Positions 42,324 through 53,440 of a stretch of 64,000 nucleotides of DNA are shown here, in pieces. The stretch spans positions 15,513 through 79,512 of the forward strand of contig NZ_JAEUPY010000254.1 in the NCBI RefSeq assembly GCF_016790065.1. The letters are read 5' to 3'. The notes beneath the pieces were generated by a model. The model was not told the DNA's origin. It did no database searches and worked only from the letters and a program-made list of their open reading frames with translations. Position 1 is the stretch's first letter, and the number at the start of each line of letters is the position of its first letter. The DNA comes from Steroidobacter sp. (lineage in GTDB: Bacteria > Pseudomonadota > Gammaproteobacteria > Steroidobacterales > Steroidobacteraceae). The position numbers and the translations under genes were made by a program.

Positions 42324-44063
42324 ATGAGCGCTGAAGCAGGAGCACTACCGTTGCCGTCACCTACGCAGCAGTCGTCGGGTATGCCGCAAGCCTCCGGACA
42401 GTCGCAGCCCCAGCGGCCGACGCTCATCCCGCCGAGCTTGAAGCCGTTGGTGATGCTGATCGGCATCGCCGCCGCGGTGGCCGCCGGTGTCGGCATCGTG
42501 TTGTGGTCCAAGGAGCCGACCTACAGCTTGCTGTACGGCAATCTCGGCCAGGCGGATGCCGCGCAGATCGCGCAGGCGCTGGACACTAACGGCATTCCAT
42601 ACAAGCTCGAAGGCAGCAACACCATCACCGTTCCGGCCGATCGCGTGCACGATGCGCGTTTGAAACTCGCCGGCCAGGGTTTGCCGGAAGGCGACGGCGG
42701 CTTCGCGGTGATGTCCAAGGATCCAGGCTTCGGTGTCAGTCAGTTCATGGAAGGCGCGCGTTATCAGCATGCTCTGGAAACCGAGCTGGCGCGCACCATC
42801 ACCAATTTGCAGGCTGTCGAAGGTGCTCGCGTGCACCTCGCGTTGCCGCGTCAGTCGGCGTTCGTGCGCGATCGTCGCAAGCCGAGCGCTTCGGTGTTCT
42901 TGCAGATGAAGCCGGGCCGTCGTCTGGAGTCGGAGCAGGTCACCGCCATCGTCAATCTGGTGGCTTCGAGCATTCCCGAGCTGGAATCGCAGCAGGTCAC
43001 GGTGGTCGATCAGCAGGGTCGCCTGTTGTCTTCACCCGATAGCAATACTGAAATGGCTGAACGCACCAAGCAGTTGGAAATGGCGCGTGAGCTGGAAGAT
43101 CGTTATACGCAGCGAGTTCAGCAGTTGCTGGCGCCGTTGGTGGGCAGCGACCGCGTGCGTGCGCAGGTGGTGGCCGACGTTGAAATGTCGACGACCGAAG
43201 AAGCGCGCGAACAGTATCGTCCCGAGAGCCAGATCGTTCGTAGCGAACAGACGGCCGAAGAGTCCAGCCGTAACGGTGCCGGTCCGCAGGGCGTGCCGGG
43301 TGCGTTGACCAATCAGCCGCCGCAGCCTGGTACGGCGCTGCCGCCTGGTCAGTCCGCTGCTCCGGCGCAGGCTCAGGCTGCTGCCGCAAATGGTGCTGCC
43401 CCTGGTGCGGCTCCCTCGCCGCCGGACAACACGTCCAAGCAGGCGACTCGTAATTATGAAATCGATCGCACGGTGGCTTACACCAAGTCGCCTGCCGGTC
43501 GGTTGAAGCGCCTCACCGTGGCGGTGCTGGTAGACAACCTGCGTGCGACCGCCGAGGACGGCAAGGTCACCGAAACTGCCATCACGCCCGAACAGATCGA
43601 GAACATGACGCGCCTGGTCAAGGACGCGATCGGCTTCAACGAAACGCGTGGCGACAGCGTCAGCGTCATCAATCAATCGTTCCGCGGCGAGACCAAGCCG
43701 GAAGACATCGTGGCGGACAAGATCCCGCTGTGGGAACAGCCGCTGATGCGCGACGTGGCCAAGCTGGTCATCGGTTTGATTGGCTTGCTGGTGTTGGTGT
43801 TCAGCGTGCTGCGTCCCTTGATTCGCGGCCTGCTCGGCACGCCGGCGAAAGCGGAGAAGGATCAGAAGGCAGTTCCGGTGCAGGCGACGGCAGTGCCCGC
43901 GGCAGCGGCGGCGATGGCCGCGGTGGCCGGCCCAGTGGCCAATGGCGGCGCCGCAACTCTCGATTATGACGGTCAGGTCGCGGCAGCGCGGGCGCTGGTG
44001 ACGCAAGATCCAGCTCGTGTGGCGCAGGTAGTGAAGACTTGGGTCGGCGGCGAAAATGAGTAG
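42324..44063 (+). CDS. fliF: MS-ring protein FliF
   Basis: Two TM segments, ALETELARTI, ARVHLALP, TRNYEIDRT, C-terminal AQVVKTW. Confidence 0.96.
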   Translation: MSAEAGALPLPSPTQQSSGMPQASGQSQPQRPTLIPPSLKPLVMLIGIAAAVAAGVGIVLWSKEPTYSLLYGNLGQADAAQIAQALDTNGIPYKLEGSNTITVPADRVHDARLKLAGQGLPEGDGGFAVMSKDPGFGVSQFMEGARYQHALETELARTITNLQAVEGARVHLALPRQSAFVRDRRKPSASVFLQMKPGRRLESEQVTAIVNLVASSIPELESQQVTVVDQQGRLLSSPDSNTEMAERTKQLEMARELEDRYTQRVQQLLAPLVGSDRVRAQVVADVEMSTTEEAREQYRPESQIVRSEQTAEESSRNGAGPQGVPGALTNQPPQPGTALPPGQSAAPAQAQAAAANGAAPGAAPSPPDNTSKQATRNYEIDRTVAYTKSPAGRLKRLTVAVLVDNLRATAEDGKVTETAITPEQIENMTRLVKDAIGFNETRGDSVSVINQSFRGETKPEDIVADKIPLWEQPLMRDVAKLVIGLIGLLVLVFSVLRPLIRGLLGTPAKAEKDQKAVPVQATAVPAAAAAMAAVAGPVANGGAATLDYDGQVAAARALVTQDPARVAQVVKTWVGGENE

Positions 44064-45072
44064 GGAAAAACCAGAACCGAAACGTAATGGCACCGAGCGG
44101 GCGGCCATTCTGTTGCTGTCGCTCGGCGAGGCCGAGGCGACTGAAGTCATGCGGCACATGGGTGCCAAAGACGTGCAGCGCATCGGCGCGGCCATGACCC
44201 AGCTACAGAACATTTCGCGCCAGGAAGTGCAGGACGTGTTGGCCGAGTTCACCCAGAAGCTGGAAGGCCAGACTTCGTTGGGCGTGGGCGTCGACGACTA
44301 TTTGCGCAAGGTGCTGATCGGCGCGCTCGGCGAAGACAAAGCCGGCAGCGTCATCGATCGCATTCTGTTCGGCCGTTCCAGCAAGGGTTTGGAATCGTTG
44401 AAGTGGATGGATGCGCGTGCGGTGGCCGAGCTGATCCGCCAGGAACATCCGCAGATCATTGCCATCGTGCTCGCCTATCTGGATGCCGATCAGTCGGCGG
44501 ACATCCTGTCGCAGTTCCCGGATTGGTTGCGTGCCGACGTGATCATGCGTATCGCCACGCTCGACGGCATTCAGCCAAGCGCGTTGCACGAGCTCGACGA
44601 AGTCATCGAGAAACAATTCGCCGGCAAGACCGGTGCGTTGAAGACGTCCGTGATCGGCGGCATCAAGACCGCGGCCCAGATCATGAACTTCATGGATTCG
44701 AGTCAGGAAGGCGCGCTGATCGAAAACATTCGTAAGGTGGACGAAGCGCTCGGCGGCAAGATCCAGGATTTGATGTTCGTGTTCGGCGACCTGGTGGAAG
44801 TCGACGATCGCGGCATGCAGGAAGTGTTGCGCGCGGTGCCGGGCGAGAAGTTGTTGCTCGCCATGAAAGGTGCCGACGACGAGCTCAAGGCCAAGATCTT
44901 CAAGAACATGTCGCAGCGTGCCGCGGAAATGCTCAAGGACGATCTGGAGTCGCGCGGTCCGGTGCGCTTGTCCGAAGTGGAAGGGGCGCAGAAGGAAATC
45001 CTGACCCAGGTTCGTAAGATGGCCGAAGCCGGCACCATCCAGCTCGGCGGCAAGGGTGAAGAGTTCGTATGA
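44056..45072 (+). CDS. fliG: Motor switch protein FliG
   Basis: AAILLLSLGE, EHPQ, MFVF, NMSQRAA, GPVRLSEVE. Confidence 0.97.
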   Translation: MSREKPEPKRNGTERAAILLLSLGEAEATEVMRHMGAKDVQRIGAAMTQLQNISRQEVQDVLAEFTQKLEGQTSLGVGVDDYLRKVLIGALGEDKAGSVIDRILFGRSSKGLESLKWMDARAVAELIRQEHPQIIAIVLAYLDADQSADILSQFPDWLRADVIMRIATLDGIQPSALHELDEVIEKQFAGKTGALKTSVIGGIKTAAQIMNFMDSSQEGALIENIRKVDEALGGKIQDLMFVFGDLVEVDDRGMQEVLRAVPGEKLLLAMKGADDELKAKIFKNMSQRAAEMLKDDLESRGPVRLSEVEGAQKEILTQVRKMAEAGTIQLGGKGEEFV

Positions 45073-45743
45073 CCAATCCGCCGCGCTACGAATTGCCGAG
45101 CATCAACGGCCTGGCCGTGCAGGCCCGCCGTGCCGGCAAGACCGTGCAGGAGCTGGAAGACCTCGAGCAGCGCACGTACGACGAAGCGTTTGCCAAAGGT
45201 CAGGCCGACGGTCGGGCCCAGGGCTTGGCTGCGGCCGAGCGCGAGATGCGTGCGCAGACTCAGCAACTGCAGGAACGCGTTGCGCGCCTCGATACCATCA
45301 TCAACGCATTGGCCAAGCCGCTGCAGGAAGTCGATCCTGTGGTGGAAGATCAGCTGTTGCAGCTGGCGCTCACCATCGGCCGGCATCTGGTGCGCCGTGA
45401 GCTGCGCATCGATCCGAGCCAGGTCATCGCCATCATTCGCGAGACCGTGTTGTTGCTGCCTGCGTCGGCTCGCGATGTCCGAGTTCATTTGCATCCTGAA
45501 GACGCCGCAGTGGTTCGCGAGAAACTGGCGGCTCCCGTCGGCGAGCGCGCCTGGACCATCGCTGAAGATCCAGTCATGGGTCGTGGCGGTTGCCGCGTGA
45601 CCACCGAGACGGCACAGATCGATGCGCGTTTGGAAACTCGCATCGGCAGCGTCATCAGCGCTTTGTTGGGTGACGAACGCACCACCGCCGTTCGCGGCGA
45701 CGAAGCCGCCGACGCGGCTGCTTCTGAGGAGCAAGCGCCTTGA
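45069..45743 (+). CDS. fliH: Flagellar assembly protein FliH
   Basis: GxxxG repeats, [21 protein letters not shown]. Confidence 0.93.
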   Translation: MTNPPRYELPSINGLAVQARRAGKTVQELEDLEQRTYDEAFAKGQADGRAQGLAAAEREMRAQTQQLQERVARLDTIINALAKPLQEVDPVVEDQLLQLALTIGRHLVRRELRIDPSQVIAIIRETVLLLPASARDVRVHLHPEDAAVVREKLAAPVGERAWTIAEDPVMGRGGCRVTTETAQIDARLETRIGSVISALLGDERTTAVRGDEAADAAASEEQAP

Positions 45744-47098
45744 GCACACCGGCTTTGCAACTCAAGCGCGGCGCCAACTGGGCCAAGCAACTACAACGCG
45801 CCTCGCGCATCGTCGACGGTATGCAGCCGCCGCCGGTGGAAGGCGTGCTGACTCGCATGATCGGTCTGACATTGGAAGCCGCCGGTTGCCAAGCTGCGAT
45901 CGGCGATCGTTGCGACGTGTTGGGCCCTGGGGGCCACAACGTCGAAGCCGAAGTGGTGGGCTTCTCGGGCGATCGTTTGTATCTCATGCCCACCGGCGAC
46001 ATCCATGGTTTGAAGCCGAACGCACGCGTCGTGCCGCGCACTGGCGCTGGCACCGCAGCGGTTGGTCCGGAGCTGATGGGCCGCATCATCGATGGCGGCG
46101 GCAACGTGCTCGACGGCAAGGGTCCGCTGAATTGCGAAGATCGGATTCGTATGATCGGCGCGCCGATCAATCCGCTGACCCGCAAGCCCATCGAAGAACC
46201 TCTCGATGTGGGCGTGCGTGCCATCAACTCCTTGCTCACCGTCGGTCGCGGTCAGCGTATCGGTTTGTTTGCAGGCAGCGGCGTCGGTAAGTCGGTGCTG
46301 CTGGGCATGATGGCTCGGTTCACGACGGCGGATGTGATCGTCGTCGGTCTGATCGGCGAGCGCGGTCGCGAAGTGAAAGAATTCATCGAACGCATCCTCG
46401 GCCCCGAAGGCCTGGCGCGTTCCATCGTGGTCGCCTGTCCGGCCGACAATCCGCCGCTGATGCGTTTGCATGGCGCGTGGCGTGCCACGGCCATTGCCGA
46501 ATATTTTCGCGATCAAGGCAAGAACGTTCTGTTGATCATGGACTCGCTGACTCGTTTCGCTCAGGCGCAGCGTGAGATCGGCCTGGCCATCGGCGAAGCG
46601 CCGGCCACCAAAGGTTATCCGCCGTCAGTGTTCGCCAAGTTGCCGCAGCTGGTGGAGCGTGCCGGTAACGGCGATTCGGGCTCGGGCTCGATCACCGCGT
46701 TCTATACCGTGCTCAGCGAAGGTGACGATCAACAGGATCCGATTGCCGACTCGGCGCGCGCCATTCTCGACGGTCACATCGTGTTGACGCGTCGTTATGC
46801 CGAAGCGGGCCACTATCCGGCCATCGATGTCGAAGCGTCCATCAGCCGCGTGATGCACGAGATCGTGCCGCACGAACATACGGCGATGGCGCGTCAGTTC
46901 AAACAAGCGTTGTCCACGTTCCAGCAGAACCGCGATCTGATCGCCATCGGTGCCTACAACAAGGGCAGCGATCCGCGCATCGATGCAGCTATCGCCGCGT
47001 GGCCTAGCATGCAGAAGTTCTTGCAACAGGCCGTACATGAGTCGGTCGACTATCGCACCAGCCTCGCCAACTTGCAGGCTTTGGTGGGAGGCGGCTGA
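45740..47098 (+). CDS. fliI: Flagellar export ATPase FliI
   Basis: [40 protein letters not shown]. Confidence 0.97.
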   Translation: MSTPALQLKRGANWAKQLQRASRIVDGMQPPPVEGVLTRMIGLTLEAAGCQAAIGDRCDVLGPGGHNVEAEVVGFSGDRLYLMPTGDIHGLKPNARVVPRTGAGTAAVGPELMGRIIDGGGNVLDGKGPLNCEDRIRMIGAPINPLTRKPIEEPLDVGVRAINSLLTVGRGQRIGLFAGSGVGKSVLLGMMARFTTADVIVVGLIGERGREVKEFIERILGPEGLARSIVVACPADNPPLMRLHGAWRATAIAEYFRDQGKNVLLIMDSLTRFAQAQREIGLAIGEAPATKGYPPSVFAKLPQLVERAGNGDSGSGSITAFYTVLSEGDDQQDPIADSARAILDGHIVLTRRYAEAGHYPAIDVEASISRVMHEIVPHEHTAMARQFKQALSTFQQNRDLIAIGAYNKGSDPRIDAAIAAWPSMQKFLQQAVHESVDYRTSLANLQALVGGG

Positions 47099-47103
47099 GC
47101 TAG

Positions 47104-47547
47104 ATGAAACGAGCCAAACGTCTCGAACCGGTTCAACACATCGTCGATGAGGCGCAGAAGCGTCTCGCGATGAGCGTGGCTGGGTTCGAGAAACGCGTGC
47201 AGGAAGGCGAGGCCAAGCTCGGTGAGCTGGAACGCTACAAAGGCGAGTACGAACAGGGCTTTCAGCAGCGTGCCAGCGGCGGCATCGGCGTCACCGAGCT
47301 GCGCGATTACCAAGCTTTTCTCGCAAGATTGGCTGAGGCGATCAAGCAGCAGCAAGCGCTTGTGATCCGCGCCCGCGCCGAGTACGACGCCGAGCGCTTA
47401 AAGTGGCAGGACGCGTTGAAACGGTCCAAGGCGCTGGGTCATGTAGTCGAGCGCTGGCACGCCGAAGAGCGCCAGGTCATCGATAAGCGCGAGCAGCGCG
47501 ACAGCGATGAGCGCGCCCAGCGCAAGATCAGCCGAGTTCCCGATTGA
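47104..47547 (+). CDS. fliJ: Export chaperone FliJ
   Basis: Coiled coil, YQAFLARLAEAI, REQRDSDE; syntenic position. Confidence 0.92.
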   Translation: MKRAKRLEPVQHIVDEAQKRLAMSVAGFEKRVQEGEAKLGELERYKGEYEQGFQQRASGGIGVTELRDYQAFLARLAEAIKQQQALVIRARAEYDAERLKWQDALKRSKALGHVVERWHAEERQVIDKREQRDSDERAQRKISRVPD

Positions 47548-47557
47548 GTTGCACCGA

Positions 47558-48475
47558 ATGACCAGCGTTCCTTTTGCAGGTAGTCCCATGCCAGTCGCCA
47601 GCACCTCCACGCCCGCGGCCGCAGCTTCCGCGTCGACTTCGGCCAATGCGCCCGCCAGCGTCGCCGTGGATTTCATGGCCATGTTGGGTCAGCTCGCCGG
47701 TGCAGTGGCGCCGACGCCGGCATCGACAGCCATGCAAGCAGGTACGGCAGCGCCGGTGTTGAAGGACACTGAAGAGCTGGACACCGATGCCGAGTCCACC
47801 GACATGATCGGCATGATGCCGCTGTCGTTGCCGGTGATGCCGACTGAAGTGAAGGCTGACCTGAGCAACGCGCAAGCCGCGAGCCTGCTGGGTGTGGCTG
47901 GCGCGATGAAAGGTAAGGGCGCCGCGGTTGCTCCCGAAGCTCAGTTACTCACCGATTTGATTCAGCCCGAACAACTCGCCGGCGAAGGCAAGTTCGAGAT
48001 TCCCCAGCTGCAGACCACCGAGACCACTTCGCCGCTGCGTCAGGCTGAGACCGCAATTTCCCGGCCCGTGAACGTTCCTGTGGGCAATGCGCAGTGGGCC
48101 GACGAGATCGGCTCGCGCATGACCATGATGGTGGACCAGGGCAAGCACACAGCGTCGCTGCGGTTGTCGCCCGAGCATCTCGGGCCGCTCGAAGTGCGCA
48201 TCACCATGAATGGCGATCAAGCGTCGGTGCAGTTCGGCGCTGCGAACGTGGATACTCGCAACGCTATCGAAAACGCGTTGCCTCGGTTGCGTGAAATGTT
48301 CGCGTCGCAGGGTTTGTCGTTGTCGGATGCAAACGTTTCGCGTGAGCCGCCGCGTCAGCAGCAGAACCCGACATCGCAATCTTCCTCGTCCGGGTCGAGC
48401 TTTGGCGGCGAGGAAGGAGTGACTTCCGTCGCCGCGGCGCAAGTTCGCCTGGGCTTGCTAGACGCGTACGCCTAG
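47558..48475 (+). CDS. fliK: Hook-length control protein FliK
   Basis: Low-complexity N-terminus, LRLSPEHLGPLEV, LPRLREM, C-terminal LLDAYA; start uncertain. Confidence 0.92.
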   Translation: MTSVPFAGSPMPVASTSTPAAAASASTSANAPASVAVDFMAMLGQLAGAVAPTPASTAMQAGTAAPVLKDTEELDTDAESTDMIGMMPLSLPVMPTEVKADLSNAQAASLLGVAGAMKGKGAAVAPEAQLLTDLIQPEQLAGEGKFEIPQLQTTETTSPLRQAETAISRPVNVPVGNAQWADEIGSRMTMMVDQGKHTASLRLSPEHLGPLEVRITMNGDQASVQFGAANVDTRNAIENALPRLREMFASQGLSLSDANVSREPPRQQQNPTSQSSSSGSSFGGEEGVTSVAAAQVRLGLLDAYA

Positions 48476-48678
48476 CACTCGATCCTAGAACTCTACTTCG
48501 AGATCGAACAGCAAGCCCCGCCTGGCTCGCTGTGTAAGCGCAAGTGGCGCTCGGGAAACTTGGAAGCCCGGTGCCATCTACACTGGCGCATCGCCCGCGA
48601 TTTCACTACATTCACTGGGTTTCTGCTGACCTTCGAGCGCGCAAGCAACACTGATAACGAATCGATAGGAAGGTGCCC

Positions 48679-49401
48679 ATGATCGCGAAATTCTCTGCGG
48701 AGCTGGTCGGTACCCTATGGCTGGTACTGGGTGGGTGTGGAAGCGCGGTGCTAGCCGCGGCTTTTCCGGACCTTGGCATCGGATTGCTCGGCGTGTCGCT
48801 GGCGTTCGGCCTCACCGTGTTGACCGCGGCCTATTCGCTGGGACCTGTGTCCGGCGGCCATTTCAATCCGGCCGTAACGGTGGGATTGTGGGCCGGCGGT
48901 CGGTTCCCGGTCTCGCAGGTGCTGCCGTACATCGTCGCGCAAGTCATCGGTGGCGTGCTCGGCGCCGGCATCCTTTATGTGATTGCCAGCGGCGCGCCGG
49001 GATTCAGCGTGGCGGATGGCTTTGCCGCCAACGGCTTCGGCGAGCATTCGCCGGGCGAATACTCGATGATGGCCGGTGCCGTGACGGAAATCGTCATGAC
49101 CTTCATGTTCCTTATCGTGATTCTGGGCTCGACCCATCATCGCGCGCCGGTGGGTTTTGCCGGTGTCGCGATCGGTCTGGCGCTCACGCTGATCCATCTC
49201 ATCAGCATTCCAGTGACCAACACTTCGGTGAATCCGGCGCGCAGCACCGGCCCGGCGTTGTTCGTGGGCGATTGGGCTACCAGCCAGCTTTGGTTATTCT
49301 GGGTGATGCCCATCGTCGGCGCGGCACTGGCTGGTTTCGTGCACCGTGCGGTGTTCGAAGGTGAGGCCGAGAAGCCGCCCATTACCGGTAGAGTCGAGTA
49401 A
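48679..49401 (+). CDS. aqpZ: Aquaporin Z
   Basis: [26 protein letters not shown] (two NPA motifs). Confidence 0.95.
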   Translation: MIAKFSAELVGTLWLVLGGCGSAVLAAAFPDLGIGLLGVSLAFGLTVLTAAYSLGPVSGGHFNPAVTVGLWAGGRFPVSQVLPYIVAQVIGGVLGAGILYVIASGAPGFSVADGFAANGFGEHSPGEYSMMAGAVTEIVMTFMFLIVILGSTHHRAPVGFAGVAIGLALTLIHLISIPVTNTSVNPARSTGPALFVGDWATSQLWLFWVMPIVGAALAGFVHRAVFEGEAEKPPITGRVE

Positions 49402-49409
49402 AGCAAATC

Positions 49410-49835
49410 ATGAGTCTGTCGCCCTTCCATCTGGCCATCCCCGTCTACGATCTGCCGGCTGCGCGGCGGTTTTATGGGGAGCTGTTCGGCTTGCCGGAAG
49501 GGCGCTCCAGCACCCAATGGGTGGATTTCGATTTCTTCGGCCATCAGCTGGTGATTCACGAGCATCCCAAGACCACCTCGCAAGATCATGCGCACACCAA
49601 TCCGGTGGACGGGCATGACGTGCCGGTGCCGCACTTCGGTGTGGTGTTGGAGTGGGGTCAGTGGGAAGCGTTGGCGGAGCGCTTGAAGTCCTTCCAGACA
49701 AAATTCGTGATCGAACCGCACATTCGATTTCGCGGCCAGGTGGGCGAACAGGCAACCATGTTCCTGTTCGACCCCTGCGGCAATGCGCTGGAGTTCAAGG
49801 CGTTCAAGGATCTGGGGCAGTTGTTCGCCAAGTAA
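49410..49835 (+). CDS. VOC/glyoxalase-family protein
   Basis: [31 protein letters not shown]. Confidence 0.9.
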   Translation: MSLSPFHLAIPVYDLPAARRFYGELFGLPEGRSSTQWVDFDFFGHQLVIHEHPKTTSQDHAHTNPVDGHDVPVPHFGVVLEWGQWEALAERLKSFQTKFVIEPHIRFRGQVGEQATMFLFDPCGNALEFKAFKDLGQLFAK

Positions 49836-49846
49836 AGGCGTGCTCA

Positions 49847-50587
49847 TCAGCCCTTTTTTCGCAAGCCGTCATACATAGAAAACACCCACGGGCGCAGCGC
49901 TAGGAGCAATCCCATGCTGCGCTTGTCTGGGTCGGGCAGGCCGGCGTCCAGCGCGGCCAGCTCGGCAAAGTCTCGCGCCAGTAGCTCAGCCTTGCGCGCC
50001 ATGATCTTCGCCGAGGCGTCCGACAACTCGGCGGACGCGAAACTGAGCAGTTCGTTGCGGCCGGTGAATTCGGCTTGCAGGAATTCGCTCTTCACCTGTT
50101 GTTCGTAGAGTCGCCGCACCGGGCCGTTGTTGCGCCAGGAAATCACGTTCGAGGTGCGCAGTCGCACTTTCAGTTTGGGTTGCAGCTCGATCAACTTGGC
50201 TGCATCCAGCTTGACCAACAACCGGCGCAGGTCGCGCTCCACCAGATCGAGCTCGCTGGCGATGGCCTTGGACTGGCGGCCATTCAACAGCAAATGAAAA
50301 CAGGCCAGCAGACGCGAATCGCTGGCTAGCAGCTCTTCCTGCTCGATGCTCAGTTGTTGGCCGCCAGGCGTGGTCTGTTGTGCGGCCATCCTGGCTACTT
50401 CCACGATGCTCAAGCCGAGCGCTGCACAGATCTGCTCGAGCCGAGCCAGCGAAAACGTTTCCGCCGCGAAGATACGTTTGACTGATGCCTCGCTCAGCTT
50501 CAACGCGACGGCCAAGTCGCGATACGTGGTGCCGCGAGCTTTCAGGCTGCGCTTCAACACGCTGACGATTTGCGCACATTCGCTCAT
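49847..50587 (-). CDS. XRE-family HTH transcriptional regulator
   Basis: LKRSLKARGTTYRDLAVALKLSEASVKRIF; the likely start is ATG 50587 (the 503-aa ORF-track call extends into the opposite gene). Confidence 0.85.
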   Translation of the reverse strand: MSECAQIVSVLKRSLKARGTTYRDLAVALKLSEASVKRIFAAETFSLARLEQICAALGLSIVEVARMAAQQTTPGGQQLSIEQEELLASDSRLLACFHLLLNGRQSKAIASELDLVERDLRRLLVKLDAAKLIELQPKLKVRLRTSNVISWRNNGPVRRLYEQQVKSEFLQAEFTGRNELLSFASAELSDASAKIMARKAELLARDFAELAALDAGLPDPDKRSMGLLLALRPWVFSMYDGLRKKG

Positions 50588-50710
50588 GCGGACTCCGGGC
50601 GGTGCAAAGAATTGCGCTCCAGAGTATTGGATTTCGCTACTTACGCAAGCCAGGTTGCGGCTTTTGCGCGCCGGCCGGCAGGCTCGCCGGAATTCACCAA
50701 GGAGGTCGGC

Positions 50711-52120
50711 ATGAGTGCGGTAGCGAGCGATTGCGTCAACGACAAACACTCGCATTTGAATCGAACCAGTGTGCTCGGCCGCGTCGTGCCACGTTCGGTG
50801 GCCGATGTGGTTGCGGCCGTTCAGCGAGCGCGCATCCGTGGCGAGAGTTTGAGCATCGCTGGATCGTGTCATGCAATGGGCGGCCAACAATTCGCCACCG
50901 GTGGCTGGTTGCTCGACATGCGTTCGATGAACCAGGTGCTGGGTTTCGATAGAGACCGAGGCCTGTTGCAGGTTCAGGCCGGCATCGCCTGGCCTGAATT
51001 GATGCGTCACTATGTGATCGAACAACGGGACGGCGCCAGTGCGTGGGGTATCCGGCAAAAACAAACCGGCGCAGATCGCTTGACGATAGGCGGCGCGGTG
51101 GCTGCCAATATCCATGGACGCGGTCTCACCTATGCGCCGTTCGTCGATGACATCGAATCCATTGAGGTAGTCGTTCCGGACGGCGCAGTAGTGGAGTGCA
51201 GCCGGACTCGAAACTACGAGCTGTTTCGTCTGGTCGTCGGTGGCTACGGCCTGTTCGGCGTGGTGACTTCCGTACGGCTGCGCCTCGTTCCGCGACAGAA
51301 GGTGGAGCGCGTCGTCGAGATTGCGCGTCTCGAGAACATCATCGACCGATTCGAGCAACGTATCGCCGACGGTTATCTGTATGGTGACTTCCAGTTCTCG
51401 ACCGCGCCCGAAGATCGAGGCTTCTTGTCTCGTGGCGTGTTCTCTTGTTATCGACCTGTCGATGCCAACACCGCGATTGCGGCCGATCAGATCCGGCTCG
51501 CGCCCGCGGACTGGCGCCGGCTGCTATATCTCGCTCATCGCAACAAGCTGCGGGCCTTCAATGAGTTTGCCGATTTTTATTTACAGTCGTCGGGGCAAAT
51601 CTACTGGAGCGACACGCATCAGTTGAGCGTGTACCTGGACGACTATCACGGCAAACTCGACGAGGTGCTGCAGCCGGAGGTGCCCGGGTCGGAAATGATC
51701 ACCGAGCTCTATGTGCCTCGCTCGCGGCTCGCGGCGTTCATGGAAGACGTTCGCAAGGATTTCCTGCGCCATCGTGTCGACTTCATCTACGGCACCGTGC
51801 GACTCATCGAGCCGGACACCGAGACAGTGCTGGCTTGGGCTCGCGAACGCTTCGCCTGTGTCATTTTCAACTTGCATGTGGATCATGATGCTCGCGGCTT
51901 GGTGAGTTCGGCCGAATCGTTCCGGCGGCTGATCGACCTGGCCATCCATCATGGCGGCAGTTACTTTCTCACCTATCACCGACACGCGACGCGCGAGCAG
52001 TTACGAACGTGCTACCCGGCGTTCGAGCAATTTCTGGCTGCTAAGAAGCGGCTGGATCCTCGCGAGGTTCTGCAGAGTGATTGGTATCGCCACTACCGCG
52101 ACGAATTCGCGGCGCGCTGA
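50711..52120 (+). CDS. FAD-binding oxidoreductase (FAD_binding_4; gulonolactone-oxidase/DprE1-like)
   Basis: AAGGAGG RBS, GSCHAMGGQ, TIGGAVAANIHG, GGYGLFGVV, KKRLDP. Confidence 0.85.
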   Translation: MSAVASDCVNDKHSHLNRTSVLGRVVPRSVADVVAAVQRARIRGESLSIAGSCHAMGGQQFATGGWLLDMRSMNQVLGFDRDRGLLQVQAGIAWPELMRHYVIEQRDGASAWGIRQKQTGADRLTIGGAVAANIHGRGLTYAPFVDDIESIEVVVPDGAVVECSRTRNYELFRLVVGGYGLFGVVTSVRLRLVPRQKVERVVEIARLENIIDRFEQRIADGYLYGDFQFSTAPEDRGFLSRGVFSCYRPVDANTAIAADQIRLAPADWRRLLYLAHRNKLRAFNEFADFYLQSSGQIYWSDTHQLSVYLDDYHGKLDEVLQPEVPGSEMITELYVPRSRLAAFMEDVRKDFLRHRVDFIYGTVRLIEPDTETVLAWARERFACVIFNLHVDHDARGLVSSAESFRRLIDLAIHHGGSYFLTYHRHATREQLRTCYPAFEQFLAAKKRLDPREVLQSDWYRHYRDEFAAR

Positions 52121-52157
52121 GTTAGTATGCCGGCGAGGCTCAAGGGGACGATTCGGC

Positions 52158-52754
52158 ATGCAGATCGAGTTTTGGTTCGAGTTCGCCAGCACTTATTCCT
52201 ATCCGGCCGCGATGCGTATCGAGGCGCTGGCGGCGGAGCGGGGCGCAACCGTTGCGTGGCGACCGTTCTTGCTGGGGCCGATCTTTCAACAACAAGGCTG
52301 GAACAACTCGCCCTTCAATATTTATCCGGTGAAGGGTAATTACATGTGGCGGGATCTGGAGCGCATCTGCGAGTGCATGAACATTCCGTTGCGCAGGCCG
52401 AGTGTGTTCCCTCGTAACAGTCTGCTGGCGGCGAGAGTTGCTGGCGCGAATACCGAAGCCGCTTGGTTGCCGGCGTTCGTGCGCGCCACGTATCAAGCGA
52501 ACTTTGCAGATGACGCGGATATCTCCAGCCCGGCTGTGCTGGAGCGTTGCTTGAGTACGTTGGGGTTGGATGCCGCTGCCATCCTGGCAGGAGCGCAAAC
52601 GCCGGCGGCGAAAGACAAACTCAAAGCACTGACCGCGGAGGCAATGGAACGCGGCATCTTCGGCGCGCCCTCCATTGTGGTCGGGCGCGAACTGTTCTGG
52701 GGCAACGATCGACTCGAAGATGCGTTCGACTGGGCGGCTCGGCCAGGAAGTTAA
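52158..52754 (+). CDS. 2-hydroxychromene-2-carboxylate isomerase / DsbA-like (kappa GST) family protein
   Basis: IEFWFEFASTYSY, WRPFLLG, GIFGAPS, LFWGNDRL. Confidence 0.88.
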   Translation: MQIEFWFEFASTYSYPAAMRIEALAAERGATVAWRPFLLGPIFQQQGWNNSPFNIYPVKGNYMWRDLERICECMNIPLRRPSVFPRNSLLAARVAGANTEAAWLPAFVRATYQANFADDADISSPAVLERCLSTLGLDAAAILAGAQTPAAKDKLKALTAEAMERGIFGAPSIVVGRELFWGNDRLEDAFDWAARPGS

Positions 52755-53440
52755 GGCGACAGGCCGAGGCCAGTGTCTTCTTCCAGCGAGCCCAGGACGG
52801 CATCCAGGTTTTTGAGGAAGTCCTCGAACGCGCTGCTGTAAGCGTCCCGCCAGTGCTCATCGCTGGCCATGCCGCCGCCCTTCTTGCCATAGCCGGTCAC
52901 GGTGAACTTGCTGGTGCGGCCGTTCAACGACACATTCATGTCGGCGCGCAGGTTGGCTTCGAAATCGATCACGAACATCCCTGGCGTGAACCACGCCCAG
53001 AACTTGTCAATGACGATGTCGGCGCGGTTCTTGGATTTGGCATCCGTCACGGTGTAACCGCGACGCTGGAAGGCTTCGGTCACCAACTGACGGGTGCGCG
53101 ACTCGACGGTCTGGCCTTCAGCGAGTGCCACGTCACCCATGGCTTTGCCCCAGGTGTTGCGTTGACGGCCGATCATCTTGTTGCGCTCGGCCGCACCCAT
53201 GCTGTTCACATCGCCGTCGATGGAAGGAATGGAGGGGTCCGAAGGTTTGTTCTCGAACTGACGTTTGTCGACCACGGATGCAATCGACACCGTGCCCTTG
53301 GACGCGTTGACGATTTTGGCGGCGCTGGGCACTTCCAGCTCGATACTGCGCCGGCCGACCACACAGCCGCTGCACGCCAGGAACGCCACCATCAACAACG
53401 AATGCAACGCCAGTTTCGCGGTCGGGAACGCCATTTCCAT
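52751..53440 (-). CDS. YajG-like lipoprotein
   Basis: Lipobox-like LACSGC, VVDKRQFE, IGRQRNTWGKAMGD. Confidence 0.7.
   Translation of the reverse strand: MEMAFPTAKLALHSLLMVAFLACSGCVVGRRSIELEVPSAAKIVNASKGTVSIASVVDKRQFENKPSDPSIPSIDGDVNSMGAAERNKMIGRQRNTWGKAMGDVALAEGQTVESRTRQLVTEAFQRRGYTVTDAKSKNRADIVIDKFWAWFTPGMFVIDFEANLRADMNVSLNGRTSKFTVTGYGKKGGGMASDEHWRDAYSSAFEDFLKNLDAVLGSLEEDTGLGLSP

Noticed and set aside
50588-51358. N-terminal extension of the 503-aa ORF 49847..51358
   Set aside because: It overlaps the FAD oxidoreductase antisense; the XRE HTH begins at ATG 50587.
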